This document shows, in pieces, positions 9,993-19,181 of a stretch of DNA of 64,000 nucleotides. This stretch comes from Candidatus Multivoradales bacterium (GTDB lineage: Bacteria > Acidobacteriota > Thermoanaerobaculia > Multivoradales > J023). The notes beneath the pieces were generated by a model. That model was given only the letters and a program-made list of their open reading frames with translations, did no database searches and was not told the DNA's origin. The number at the start of each line of letters is the position of its first letter. Positions within the stretch are counted from its first letter, which is position 1. The DNA lies in the NCBI GenBank assembly GCA_965248925.1, contig CBDFLE010000006.1, positions 1,248,001 to 1,312,000 on the forward strand, written 5' to 3'. Position numbers and translations under genes: made by a program.

Positions 9993-10384
9993 TCCCGAAT
10001 TTCTTTGTTACTTACATTGTTTCTAACAACAATTCGCCTGGCAGGACGGGCATTACCCTTGACCTTTTTTTGCGGTTGGTTGGTCGCCAAACCCAAAACC
10101 CCTCCTGCGAACGTGAATGCGGACGGCAACGCGGTGGGGATCGCAGTGACCATCCCGACTAGCGCTCCTTTTGCAATGGCCGCTCCCCATCTGTCTCCAT
10201 AGCTGTAGTGCTGGAGAGCCGCGGAAGGAATCGCCAACAGAAGCGCTGCTGGAATCGACAAGCACCACGCGGCGCCTCCCGTGGCGAGCGTGGCGCCAAA
10301 CAGCATCCAGTCAAACGCGAACATACCGAATCCAACCAGAGGATGAAGGCCAACAGCCTTACAGAACTTCTGCAATCCACTCAT
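9989..10384 (-). CDS. Hypothetical membrane protein with a basic C-terminal tail
   Basis: GAGGAG RBS, several hydrophobic segments, LHPLVG...DWMLF and TAIPTALP motifs. Confidence 0.72.
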   Translation of the reverse strand: MSGLQKFCKAVGLHPLVGFGMFAFDWMLFGATLATGGAAWCLSIPAALLLAIPSAALQHYSYGDRWGAAIAKGALVGMVTAIPTALPSAFTFAGGVLGLATNQPQKKVKGNARPARRIVVRNNVSNKEIRE

Positions 10385-10591
10385 TGTCTACGACACAGCT
10401 CCTCTTGCTGTCCCAGGCCGATTCGGACCGCCCGCCCTGGATCCGTGAATCAATTTCTCATTGCTGACAACACAAGCGAGATTCGCGCGGACCAGGGACC
10501 ATCCCAGCCCTCTTCTTGGAGCGCCGGAACTTGGCGCCAATCTGCTGCGGGCACAAGAGTCTCTGTAAGAGGTTTGCCGACCCTTGGTCCC

Positions 10592-11656
10592 TCAATCAGG
10601 CAGAGGGTTCCATCTGGCCCAGCGCGCACAGAGCTTCGACGGCGCAGGGCCGTCCCATGAAATCTCCAATAAGTACCTTCCGGCCGGTAGGCTGCGGAAG
10701 AGCTGAGAGTCGCTGACTTCAGTGGGCGAACGACTTTCTTCCGCTAGAAGGGCTCCATCTATCGAATAGATCCGGCCTACAAGCTCCTGGGGGCCTTCGA
10801 ACTCGACAACGATCACGCCGCCAACTTCGACCTCGAAAGTGAAGAAATCCCCCCTCGGCCCTTCGATGAGAGGCAGGGGTTCCTCACAGACCCAGGTAGA
10901 CTGTTGTAGCGCAGAGAGCGATTCAACCCCCGCCCCGCCCTGGCCACTCGACAGGTGCTTGTCGCCACTGTTCCTTCCACCCTCGTCGCTTTCTGATCCT
11001 TCGTCGTCCTCAACCGTCTCTGTCCCTGAGATCGTCTCAATTTCGGTCTCATCGACCGGGTCGTCAATGCTCTTGATCATCCGACAAGTTTCGACTGAAT
11101 TTCTCCCTTCGCCCGCCAAACGCTCTAGTTCAGCAGTCGCATCACTTTCGGCCCAGGAGGCGAACGCCAGATAAATTGCGCTACCGCCACTCGGCGGCAA
11201 AGCAGCGGCAAAGACCAGGTCTCCTGGCATAGCCACTTGCCCCATGAAGGCGCGGTAGCCTAGCTCGGAGGGCCCGCGCAGAGATCCGAGACTTCTGCCG
11301 CCAAACGCACCACCGTCTCGCAACCAACGCAATCCCGGAACAGGACTTCCTGCCTCCTTCTCGAGCAAGCGGATCTCCACCGTGCCGACTGCGACGTTTC
11401 GCACCGCAATCAGCGTCCGACAGTTGCTATTGAGATCGATTGCCCTCCGTTCACCTAGGTCGAGCTCGACCGGCTGTTCACAGTCGATGGCAGACTGGCT
11501 CTCTTCGAACTCTCCACCTGTCGACCTGGCGGCAGGCGCCAACGACATTAGGATTGCTAGCCCGATCGGCCAGACACTCCTTGCGGGAACAGAAGGGCCA
11601 TTCTTACATGCGCAATAGGTAGCGCCACCCCAAAGCGAGTTTCCAGACGAGTACAT
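10592..11656 (-). CDS. Secreted protein with an acidic linker and a C-terminal PPC-like domain
   Basis: AGGAGG before ATG 11656, hydrophobic signal-like segment, acidic DDPVDETEIET...EDDEGSESDEGG, and PPC-like GDFFTFEV...IYSIDGALLAE...LPAGRYLLEI. Confidence 0.62.
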   Translation of the reverse strand: MYSSGNSLWGGATYCACKNGPSVPARSVWPIGLAILMSLAPAARSTGGEFEESQSAIDCEQPVELDLGERRAIDLNSNCRTLIAVRNVAVGTVEIRLLEKEAGSPVPGLRWLRDGGAFGGRSLGSLRGPSELGYRAFMGQVAMPGDLVFAAALPPSGGSAIYLAFASWAESDATAELERLAGEGRNSVETCRMIKSIDDPVDETEIETISGTETVEDDEGSESDEGGRNSGDKHLSSGQGGAGVESLSALQQSTWVCEEPLPLIEGPRGDFFTFEVEVGGVIVVEFEGPQELVGRIYSIDGALLAEESRSPTEVSDSQLFRSLPAGRYLLEISWDGPAPSKLCARWARWNPLPD

Positions 11657-11969
11657 TGAAAACCTCCTAGTTTGGCATCTCAGCAGTGGACAGCCATCCA
11701 TCTGCTAGAGAGTTCCGGCAACCGTCGCCTTCTTTCTCGGGAGGCGCGCCAAGGACTAAGCACTTCGGCTTCTGATCGCGACATCCGCGTCAGCCACGGG
11801 CCTCCCAAACTGTTACAAGGGGTAACGACCGCCATTGCTAGATTGGCGGCAGTCGGAGTGTTGGTTGCGGGTAAACGGCTGCGGAAGACGAGATCCGTGA
11901 AGCTAGGGGGCGACCGAGCCTGCACAGCGCGGTGGCTGAAGGGCTACTCCTGATCTGATATCATTCAGG

Positions 11970-13133
11970 ATGCACATGAGACCTAGTAAGGAGTACCTAT
12001 TCACGCGCTACGTGCTGAGCGTCAAAGAGTCGGGAGATCCTCCGGATCGCCAGGCTTTCTTCAGAGTGCTGAAAGCTCTGAGACTCTGTCTCAAACGCGA
12101 GATTCAAAGACGCGGCTTGTGGCAATATCCGCCGACCTTCCTGGGGATCTTCGGCTGGCGACAGTGGGTGGAGGCGGGTGTGTCACCCCCTCAGGAGGAT
12201 GCTCTGGCCGAGCTTACATTCGACTGCTATGTCTATATCTTCCTTGATCGCCTGAGGAGTCTTCGGGCCCAACTCCGAGTCAAGCCCAATATTGACGGAC
12301 TGGTGGTCTTGAACATCCGACATTTCTTGCTCGAGCGGCAACGCCTTGCTGATCCTCTGGGAGCCAGACTGTTCAGAACCCTACGGGCCGCCCTGAGGTC
12401 TTCAATCGAGACCGGCGATCTCATTCTTCTTGCAGGAAATGCAAACGTCGGCCCAAACACGGTCTTGACGTTCTCGACCCCTGCGGCCGACTCTTGTCCA
12501 CCGCCGATTACGGCAGAGGATCTACTGTGTGCTGTCTCCGCTTGGCTCCCCACTGCAATGCCGGACTTGGTCACAGCGATGGGCGTTGCCCAGCGGCGTA
12601 TCATCCAAGTGCTCGCCAACCGCGTTCTCGATCTCAGGTGTCTGGGAGAGAGCTTTCGATTCGCGGATCTCAACCGTAGCCTGATCGGCGCTGTTCGCCA
12701 GCATTGGCTGTCGATCCTGCGGGATACGATCGGCGAGCGCAGCGGAACTGGGATCAGCCGAGAAACATCGCGAACGCTCTTTCGCCAATTGCAGCCAGAT
12801 ACCCGTTTCGAGGATCTGCAGAGCTTTCGTGCTCTCGATCGCTGCATTTTGAACCGCATCGAGGTGCGGCTCTGCCGCCATAGGACATTGGAATACCTCC
12901 TGCGCTTGTGGGGCTTCTGCCGAGCGTATGCCGCGGATCAACCGGAGACCGACGCTAGCACCAACTCGAAGGATGGTGCACAGCAGCAGGGGCTGCCGTC
13001 GGCTAGGAAGCTCGCCCGCTTGCTGCGGGTACCGCGAGATCGCGTCCCCGGCCTCCTGGAGGTTCTCCGCGAGCTGGTGTCGCAGTGTTGCCGACAGTTG
13101 GCGCACCCCCCAAGGTCCAAGGGTACGACTTGA
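11970..13133 (+). CDS. Hypothetical protein, putative divergent sigma70/ECF-like factor
   Basis: Region-2-like EDALAELTFDCYVYIFLDRL...LVVLNIRHFLLERQR and C-terminal HTH-like PSARKLARLLRVPRDRVPGLL. Lies directly upstream of an anti-sigma-like gene. The sigma assignment is inference. Confidence 0.5.
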   Translation: MHMRPSKEYLFTRYVLSVKESGDPPDRQAFFRVLKALRLCLKREIQRRGLWQYPPTFLGIFGWRQWVEAGVSPPQEDALAELTFDCYVYIFLDRLRSLRAQLRVKPNIDGLVVLNIRHFLLERQRLADPLGARLFRTLRAALRSSIETGDLILLAGNANVGPNTVLTFSTPAADSCPPPITAEDLLCAVSAWLPTAMPDLVTAMGVAQRRIIQVLANRVLDLRCLGESFRFADLNRSLIGAVRQHWLSILRDTIGERSGTGISRETSRTLFRQLQPDTRFEDLQSFRALDRCILNRIEVRLCRHRTLEYLLRLWGFCRAYAADQPETDASTNSKDGAQQQGLPSARKLARLLRVPRDRVPGLLEVLRELVSQCCRQLAHPPRSKGTT

Positions 13134-13146
13134 TCCGGAGGGCGGA

Positions 13147-14121
13147 ATGAACCTGGATGGAAAATTCGAAGACCTACAAGCGCGCACTTTGATGGCTACC
13201 AAAAAGGCCGAGAACGCCCAGCAGCCTCAGACCACCCGTCTTGCGTCAGGGACCCTCTGGGTCCTTCCTCCAACCGCCGCCCATCCGGTCGAGTGGCTGA
13301 TCGTTGACACGACGCCGGCCAAGCGGCTAACTGCTCTCTTGCTGGTCGTACCGGTTGACACTCATCCATTGCTCGGCGAAGGCGACTTCGAAGTGCCGGC
13401 AGACAAGCCGGGCGGCCCACTAAGCGTCCGCAGCCTTCTCGCCTTTTGGGTCGAAGAGGGAGCCTTTCGGCAGGCACGTTTCACGGGACAAGTGGAGGCC
13501 GACGCGGCGACATGGGTGCGGCAGGAACTCGTGGGATCGGACGCTCCGAGCCTCCTGCAGGAGGATGCGGAGAGCGACCCAGAGTATTTCGATTGGCGGC
13601 AGCAAATCGAGAAAGCGTGCGAGATCCTATCGCGATGGCGGGTGGCCGATCCCGTGGATTCAGCGGTGCCAGCGCGACGCCTTCCGCCGCGGCGACTCTG
13701 GATGATTGCAGCCGCTGTGCTGCTCAGCACCAGCGTGGCCACACTCTCTTGGTTCAACGTGGACATGAGCCGGGAACTACGGCAATTCTCAAATCCCACC
13801 CGCGAGCCTACGATAGGCGAGCTGGCCTTTAGCTCGTCCAATCGCTTCGGCACCGATCTGGAGCTCGCGGTGCCAGCATCTTGGTTTCAGCTGATTTTCC
13901 TGCTGCCCAAGGCAGAAGCAGGAAGCCAGAGGATCGAAATCCGGGACGGCCGAGGAGCCGTCCTCTGGAACAGCTCCGTCTTCAGCACCGAGCCCGAGCT
14001 GACCGTCAATCTGGCGCGAAGCAAGTTCCCACCCGGCGTCTATTCCGTCCGCCTCTATGCCGTCGATCCGACTGGATTCGAAGAACACCAAGAGAGCCGC
14101 CGCTTGGAAATCCGACAGTAA
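13147..14121 (+). CDS. Single-pass membrane protein, putative anti-sigma-like
   Basis: GGAGG RBS, cytoplasmic N-domain, RRLWMIAAAVLL TM, and extracytoplasmic beta-sandwich (RIEIRDGRGAVLW...FPPGVYSVRL). Confidence 0.6.
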   Translation: MNLDGKFEDLQARTLMATKKAENAQQPQTTRLASGTLWVLPPTAAHPVEWLIVDTTPAKRLTALLLVVPVDTHPLLGEGDFEVPADKPGGPLSVRSLLAFWVEEGAFRQARFTGQVEADAATWVRQELVGSDAPSLLQEDAESDPEYFDWRQQIEKACEILSRWRVADPVDSAVPARRLPPRRLWMIAAAVLLSTSVATLSWFNVDMSRELRQFSNPTREPTIGELAFSSSNRFGTDLELAVPASWFQLIFLLPKAEAGSQRIEIRDGRGAVLWNSSVFSTEPELTVNLARSKFPPGVYSVRLYAVDPTGFEEHQESRRLEIRQ

Positions 14122-14270
14122 CCACCTTGACAAGGCCAACAGCGGAATCGGCACCACTATTTGGTCCCTGGATACAGGAAAAAACGCTTGTAGGAGTGAT
14201 TCGAAGCGAAGATCCCGCACGGCCACAATACGGAAGGGATCCTCTGTTTCGAGTGCAGCCGTTTCTAGTG

Positions 14271-17200
14271 ATGAACACCAGCCGATACTTGAGCGAGTCG
14301 GATCAACAAGTGCCCAAGAAAGGGTGTCTCGGGGAAGCCCGGAGACGCGGGGCCTTCCGTCATCGAATCCTGGATGCGCTCTATCGCTGCCTCCTCGTGC
14401 TCTGCCCGCTGAGCTTCGGGCTGGGGGGGCTCTGCGGCTGCCAACCCGCCGAAGATGAGCATCTGATTGGCAAACAAGGAGGCACCGTGGACACTACCGA
14501 TCTAAACGCTCCTGTGGACTGCGACGCTGACAGCGCCTTCTCCGATTCGTCGGAGCCGGCCGCTGCCAGAAATGCTCGCAAGAACTTCCCTAGCGGATAC
14601 TTGAATCTCGAGACCCCGACTCGCGGTGAACTCGCCGGCGGCGATAGTCGCGATCTGACGGTCGAACTGGCCCGCTGCGACTACGCCCACGTCCGGGTGG
14701 AGCAGCTCGGAGCTGACCTCCAATTGAATCTCTACGGACCCGATGGCGAGCTCCTGACGTCCGTCGACAGCCCGACGGGGAATCAAGGTTTCGAGGAAGT
14801 CTTTGTGGTCGCGCAGCGCGCCGGCAGGCACCGCCTAGAGTTGCGCTCGCTGGACCCACCCAGCCAGTCCGGCGACTTCGTGGCTCACCTTGCCACCGTC
14901 CACTCCGACGCCGACGAAACCGAGCGCCATCGGGTTAGCGGTACTTGGTCCTACGCCCGCGCCGAGGCTCGGCTGGCCGAGGGCAAGCACGCCGAGGCCC
15001 TCGCTTTGTACCAAGGCGCACGGGGCCACTTCCGGAAATCCTTCGACCCAGCCTGGGAGGGCAGGACCTGGCAACGATCAGCGCAGTTGGTACGCAACGA
15101 GGATCCGCTGGCCGCCGCCGATGCACTCAACCAGGCCCTGTCGCTCTTCCGCCAAGCCGGCGAAAAACGCCTGCAAGCGATCACGCTCGCCGAATTGGGT
15201 AGCGTGCGGTTCCGGCTTGGCGAGGTTGAGAGAGCCCGCACGTCCCATCAAGCCGCTCTGGAACTCTTCGAGTTGCTCGATGATCCTCTCGGCAAAGCCA
15301 CTGCACTGAACAACCTCGGGCTAGTCCACAAGCGAGCAGGGGAGATCTTGCAAGCGCTCGAGTGCTATCGCCGTGCGGTGGATCTCTGGCGGGAGCTGAA
15401 GCGCGCCGTGGACCAGCTCTCGACGGAAATCAACCTCGGCAAGCTGCTGCTATCCCTGGGCAAACTGCCGCAAGCTCAAGATCTGTTCGAGTCCTGTCTG
15501 GAAAGCGCCCGGGCGTCCGGCGACCGATCCGCAGAGGCTACTTGTTTGGGCAGCCTGGGCGACATCGAGCAGCGCCGCGGCCGCTATCCGGAGGCTCTCA
15601 AGGTTCTCAAGGACTCATTGAATATCTACCAAGAAGACGGCAGCGTGTCTGGCCAAGGCGTGATTCACAACAGTCTCGGTAACACCTACCTCAAACAAGG
15701 ACAACCGAAGCAGGCTGGTAAGCACTACCAACTGGCACTCGACCTCTTCGAGCAGCAGCAAGATGCCGCGAATCAGGCCGTCAGTCTGCTCAATCTGGGC
15801 CGGTACCATTTCGCCGAGCATCGGTTCATCGAAGCCGCTGCCCGCCACCGGGAGGCACTAGCGCTCTATCGCCAGGTCGGCAATCGATCCGGCGAAGCCG
15901 CGACCCTGTTGGGCGAAGCGCGGTCTGAATATCAGAGAGGCAGACTGCGGACCGCGGAGGCGCTCATCGGAGCTGCGCTCGCGACTGTCGAACTCCTGAG
16001 GCAGGACAGCGGTGGACCAGATCTTCGGGTAGCAGTGGTCGCGTCAAAGTCCGAGTATTGGGAACTCTATGTTCATGTGCTTATGGCGCTACATCGAGAG
16101 GAGCCTGACGCTGAGCATGACCAGCGTGCACTCGAGGTTTGCGAACGCTGGCGCGCACGCAGTTTGCTGGATCTCTTGCGCGAAGCTCGACTGGACTTGC
16201 AAAGCGAAGTGCCAAGCGCCCTCGCTGAAGAAGAACGAGCCCTGCGACAGCGGATCGCCGAGTTGTACCTACAGCGTTTGGAAGCGACCGAGCCGAGCCA
16301 GCATGCTGAGCAAGAAGGATTCGCCAGTCAACTGCGTAGCTTGCAACTCGATCTGGAGTTGCTGAACGCTCGCATCCACAGCCAGAGCCGGCGTTACGGT
16401 GACATCGCACAACTGAATCCGGTCGATACGAGGACGATCCAGCGCGAGTTACTTCGCTCCGACACCCAACTGGTGGAGTATTTCCTCGGCCAGGAACGAT
16501 CCTATGCCTGGCTGGTTTCCCGGCAGCAAGTGACCAGCGTCGAGCTTCCTCCGCGGCAAGAACTCGAGGCCGCAGGCGGTGAAGTCTCCCGGCTCCTCCA
16601 AACCCGTAGCACCGGACAGGAAAAGCGTCGCCAGCGGGCTCTGCAGCGTCTCAGCTCCCTTCTCCTAGAGCCGCTGGCCGACGCCTTGGGTGCAAGTGGG
16701 GCAAGCACGGCGAGTCAAACTCCCCGCCGGCTCCTTGTAGTTGGCGACGGTATTCTCAACACAATTCCCTTTTCCGTACTGCCACTTCCAGGAGATCGGC
16801 GCAACTTGTTGATCGACAAGTTCGAAGTCGTCCACCTACCCTCGGCATCTGTGCTAGCGGCCTTGCGCGACCGCCAGCGCAGGCGACCCATCCGGGATGA
16901 GTTGAGAATCGCGCTATTCGCGGATCCTATCTACCAGTCGGACGATGAGCGCCTGGCGGGCGCTCCTGGCGGTTCCGTCGATTCAGGTGCAGCCTGGCAC
17001 AAAGACCTCTCGACCGCCGCCCGAGACTTGGAGCTTGGCACCTTTCAACGACTTCCCCACACACGGGTCGAAGTCGAAGAGATCTCCAGGCTCTTCTCGG
17101 GTAACCGTCGAACGGTAGAGCTGGGTTTCGCGGCCACCCGCTCGCACCTGCTGGAAACCGACCTAAAGTCGTATTCACTGCTGCACTTCGCCACCCACGG

Positions 17201-19181
17201 TGTACTCAACCGGAGGCACCCCAGCCTCTCGGGTCTGGTTCTCTCTTTGATCGACGAGAACGGTGATCCGCAGGATGGCTTCCTACGCTTGCAGGACATC
17301 TACAACCTAAGGCTGGAAGCTGAGTTGGTCACACTCAGTGCCTGCCAGACCGGGCTAGGCGCGGAAGTTCGCGGCGAAGGGCTCATCGGACTGACCCGGG
17401 GTTTCATGTATGCGGGTTCACCTCGAGTTCTGGTCAGTCTGTGGCGGGTAGACGACGCGGCGACTGCCGAGCTCATGAAGCGCTTCTATCGAGAGCTTCT
17501 TGATCCCAAGCAAGACGATTCGCCCGGCGTCGCCGCCGCTCTTCGCCGCGCACAGCTATCAATGCGAGAGGAATCCGCTTGGACCGAGCCTTTCTACTGG
17601 GCTGGCTTTGTCTTGCAAGGCGAATGGCGCCAGTTTCAAGGCTTGTCACTGCCACCCAACGACATCGGCCAAGACCAGGCTGGCCCCGTCGACCGCGATC
17701 CGGATTCCGACCAAGACATGCCCACCCAGGGCGACCATCTTGGCAGCTCCGGCGGGGCGGCAAACCTACACTCCGTCGAAAACAACAGCCGCAACGCCAC
17801 AAGCGCCCGCAGGGCAACCCAGGAGAGAGAGAGCATCAAAACTGTCCGGCAGGCCAAGCCGGCCGGCGATTTCCTGGAGCGTTTCCTCGAGGCCGCGCTG
17901 GCGGCCGAATCTTACGATGAAACACGTCACGATCCCCCTGAAGGGATCGAGCCACGTAGCCTAGCTGAGACCGGCTGGGGGGTGATCTTCGCTGAGGACA
18001 CCCCGCCAGCCGTTCGCCACGCGCTCAATACTCTGCTTGACCACCGCCAGCGCCTAGCCGGGCGCCGCCATCCACACTACTACCAGACCTTTACTTACCG
18101 TCCAGGTACCAGTGCGGTGGAGTTTCTTAGTGATGCCCGGGTACCAGTGGGCGAAACCGGCCATCCAGACCGAATTCCCTACTATCTCCTGCTGGTGGGC
18201 AGTCCTTCACAGATCCCATTCCAATTCCAGTTTGATCTCGATCTCCAGTACGCCGTGGGCCGCCTAGATCTCGCCAACGCCGACCAATATCGTGAATACG
18301 CTCTCACCGTCGTCGAGGCTGAGGAGGGCCGCATCCGTCGCCCACGCCAAGTGTCGTTGTACGGAGCCCGAGGCGACCAGGCGAGCCGCACGACTGCTGA
18401 AGAACTGGTGGCAGCGCTTGCCGAACGACTCGGTAAGCAACTTGAGGGTTGGCAGATCCGAAACTTGTCTGATCCCAAAGTCGGCACCAAAGAACAGTTG
18501 GGCGAGCTACTCGGCGGTAGCGAAACGCCGGCGATCCTCTTCGCCTCGGCCCACGGCCTTCGCTTTACCTCAGGCCACGCTTTGCAGCGTGAACTGCAAG
18601 GATCTTTGGTCAGCTCGGCTTGGGCCAAGGTCAGGGGTGACCACATTGGCCACGATCACATCTTCTCCGCCGGAGATCTGAGTCCGGAAGCGGATCTGCA
18701 AGGTCTAATTGCCTTCTTCTTCACCTGCTACGGCGCCGGAACACCAAGGCAGGACACCTTCTTCAGAAACACTGGCGAATCGCCAGCAGAACCGCCCGTG
18801 ATAGCACCGGAGCCTTTCACTTCGCGCCTCGCCCAGAGCCTCCTCGGGCGGCCAGGTGGAGCTCTGGCAGTGGTCAGTCATGTCGAGCGCACTTGGACTT
18901 CGGCTTTTCAGAGCTATGACGATGACCAGCAGATCGAGAGCTTCCATAGCACCCTCCGCCGACTGATGGCAGGTCACCCGGTGGGTTCTGCCACCAGCCG
19001 TATCGATCTGCGCCGTGGTCAGATAGCGGCACATCTACGCTCCTTGAACGATTGGGATCGGCTCAGCCCGCTCGAGCAGAAGATCCACGACCGTTTGTGG
19101 CAGGAATACCTAGACGCCCGCAACTTTATCGTCCTCGGCGATCCCGCGGTCGCTCCCGCACTGGGCGGAACGCGATCATGA
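14271..19181 (+). CDS. Lipoprotein with PPC, TPR array, CHAT protease and C-terminal peptidase C25 (gingipain)-like domain
   Basis: Lipobox-like LGGLCGC, PPC (VRVEQLGADLQLNLYGPDG), about 9-10 TPRs, CHAT dyad LHFATHG/LSACQTG and PFYWAGFVLQG, then GWGVIF, PYYLLLVG, SAHG, FTCYG and NFIVLGDP. Start approximate. Confidence 0.88.
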   Translation: MNTSRYLSESDQQVPKKGCLGEARRRGAFRHRILDALYRCLLVLCPLSFGLGGLCGCQPAEDEHLIGKQGGTVDTTDLNAPVDCDADSAFSDSSEPAAARNARKNFPSGYLNLETPTRGELAGGDSRDLTVELARCDYAHVRVEQLGADLQLNLYGPDGELLTSVDSPTGNQGFEEVFVVAQRAGRHRLELRSLDPPSQSGDFVAHLATVHSDADETERHRVSGTWSYARAEARLAEGKHAEALALYQGARGHFRKSFDPAWEGRTWQRSAQLVRNEDPLAAADALNQALSLFRQAGEKRLQAITLAELGSVRFRLGEVERARTSHQAALELFELLDDPLGKATALNNLGLVHKRAGEILQALECYRRAVDLWRELKRAVDQLSTEINLGKLLLSLGKLPQAQDLFESCLESARASGDRSAEATCLGSLGDIEQRRGRYPEALKVLKDSLNIYQEDGSVSGQGVIHNSLGNTYLKQGQPKQAGKHYQLALDLFEQQQDAANQAVSLLNLGRYHFAEHRFIEAAARHREALALYRQVGNRSGEAATLLGEARSEYQRGRLRTAEALIGAALATVELLRQDSGGPDLRVAVVASKSEYWELYVHVLMALHREEPDAEHDQRALEVCERWRARSLLDLLREARLDLQSEVPSALAEEERALRQRIAELYLQRLEATEPSQHAEQEGFASQLRSLQLDLELLNARIHSQSRRYGDIAQLNPVDTRTIQRELLRSDTQLVEYFLGQERSYAWLVSRQQVTSVELPPRQELEAAGGEVSRLLQTRSTGQEKRRQRALQRLSSLLLEPLADALGASGASTASQTPRRLLVVGDGILNTIPFSVLPLPGDRRNLLIDKFEVVHLPSASVLAALRDRQRRRPIRDELRIALFADPIYQSDDERLAGAPGGSVDSGAAWHKDLSTAARDLELGTFQRLPHTRVEVEEISRLFSGNRRTVELGFAATRSHLLETDLKSYSLLHFATHGVLNRRHPSLSGLVLSLIDENGDPQDGFLRLQDIYNLRLEAELVTLSACQTGLGAEVRGEGLIGLTRGFMYAGSPRVLVSLWRVDDAATAELMKRFYRELLDPKQDDSPGVAAALRRAQLSMREESAWTEPFYWAGFVLQGEWRQFQGLSLPPNDIGQDQAGPVDRDPDSDQDMPTQGDHLGSSGGAANLHSVENNSRNATSARRATQERESIKTVRQAKPAGDFLERFLEAALAAESYDETRHDPPEGIEPRSLAETGWGVIFAEDTPPAVRHALNTLLDHRQRLAGRRHPHYYQTFTYRPGTSAVEFLSDARVPVGETGHPDRIPYYLLLVGSPSQIPFQFQFDLDLQYAVGRLDLANADQYREYALTVVEAEEGRIRRPRQVSLYGARGDQASRTTAEELVAALAERLGKQLEGWQIRNLSDPKVGTKEQLGELLGGSETPAILFASAHGLRFTSGHALQRELQGSLVSSAWAKVRGDHIGHDHIFSAGDLSPEADLQGLIAFFFTCYGAGTPRQDTFFRNTGESPAEPPVIAPEPFTSRLAQSLLGRPGGALAVVSHVERTWTSAFQSYDDDQQIESFHSTLRRLMAGHPVGSATSRIDLRRGQIAAHLRSLNDWDRLSPLEQKIHDRLWQEYLDARNFIVLGDPAVAPALGGTRS

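Noticed and set aside
11812-11826. GTTAC-N5-GTAAC palindrome between divergent genes
   Set aside because: Too short to distinguish from chance without homologous promoters.
13881-14270. N-terminal 130 aa of the 1766-aa ORF
   Set aside because: It overlaps the upstream gene by 240 bp and the lipoprotein signal lies downstream, so the real start is probably 14271 or later.
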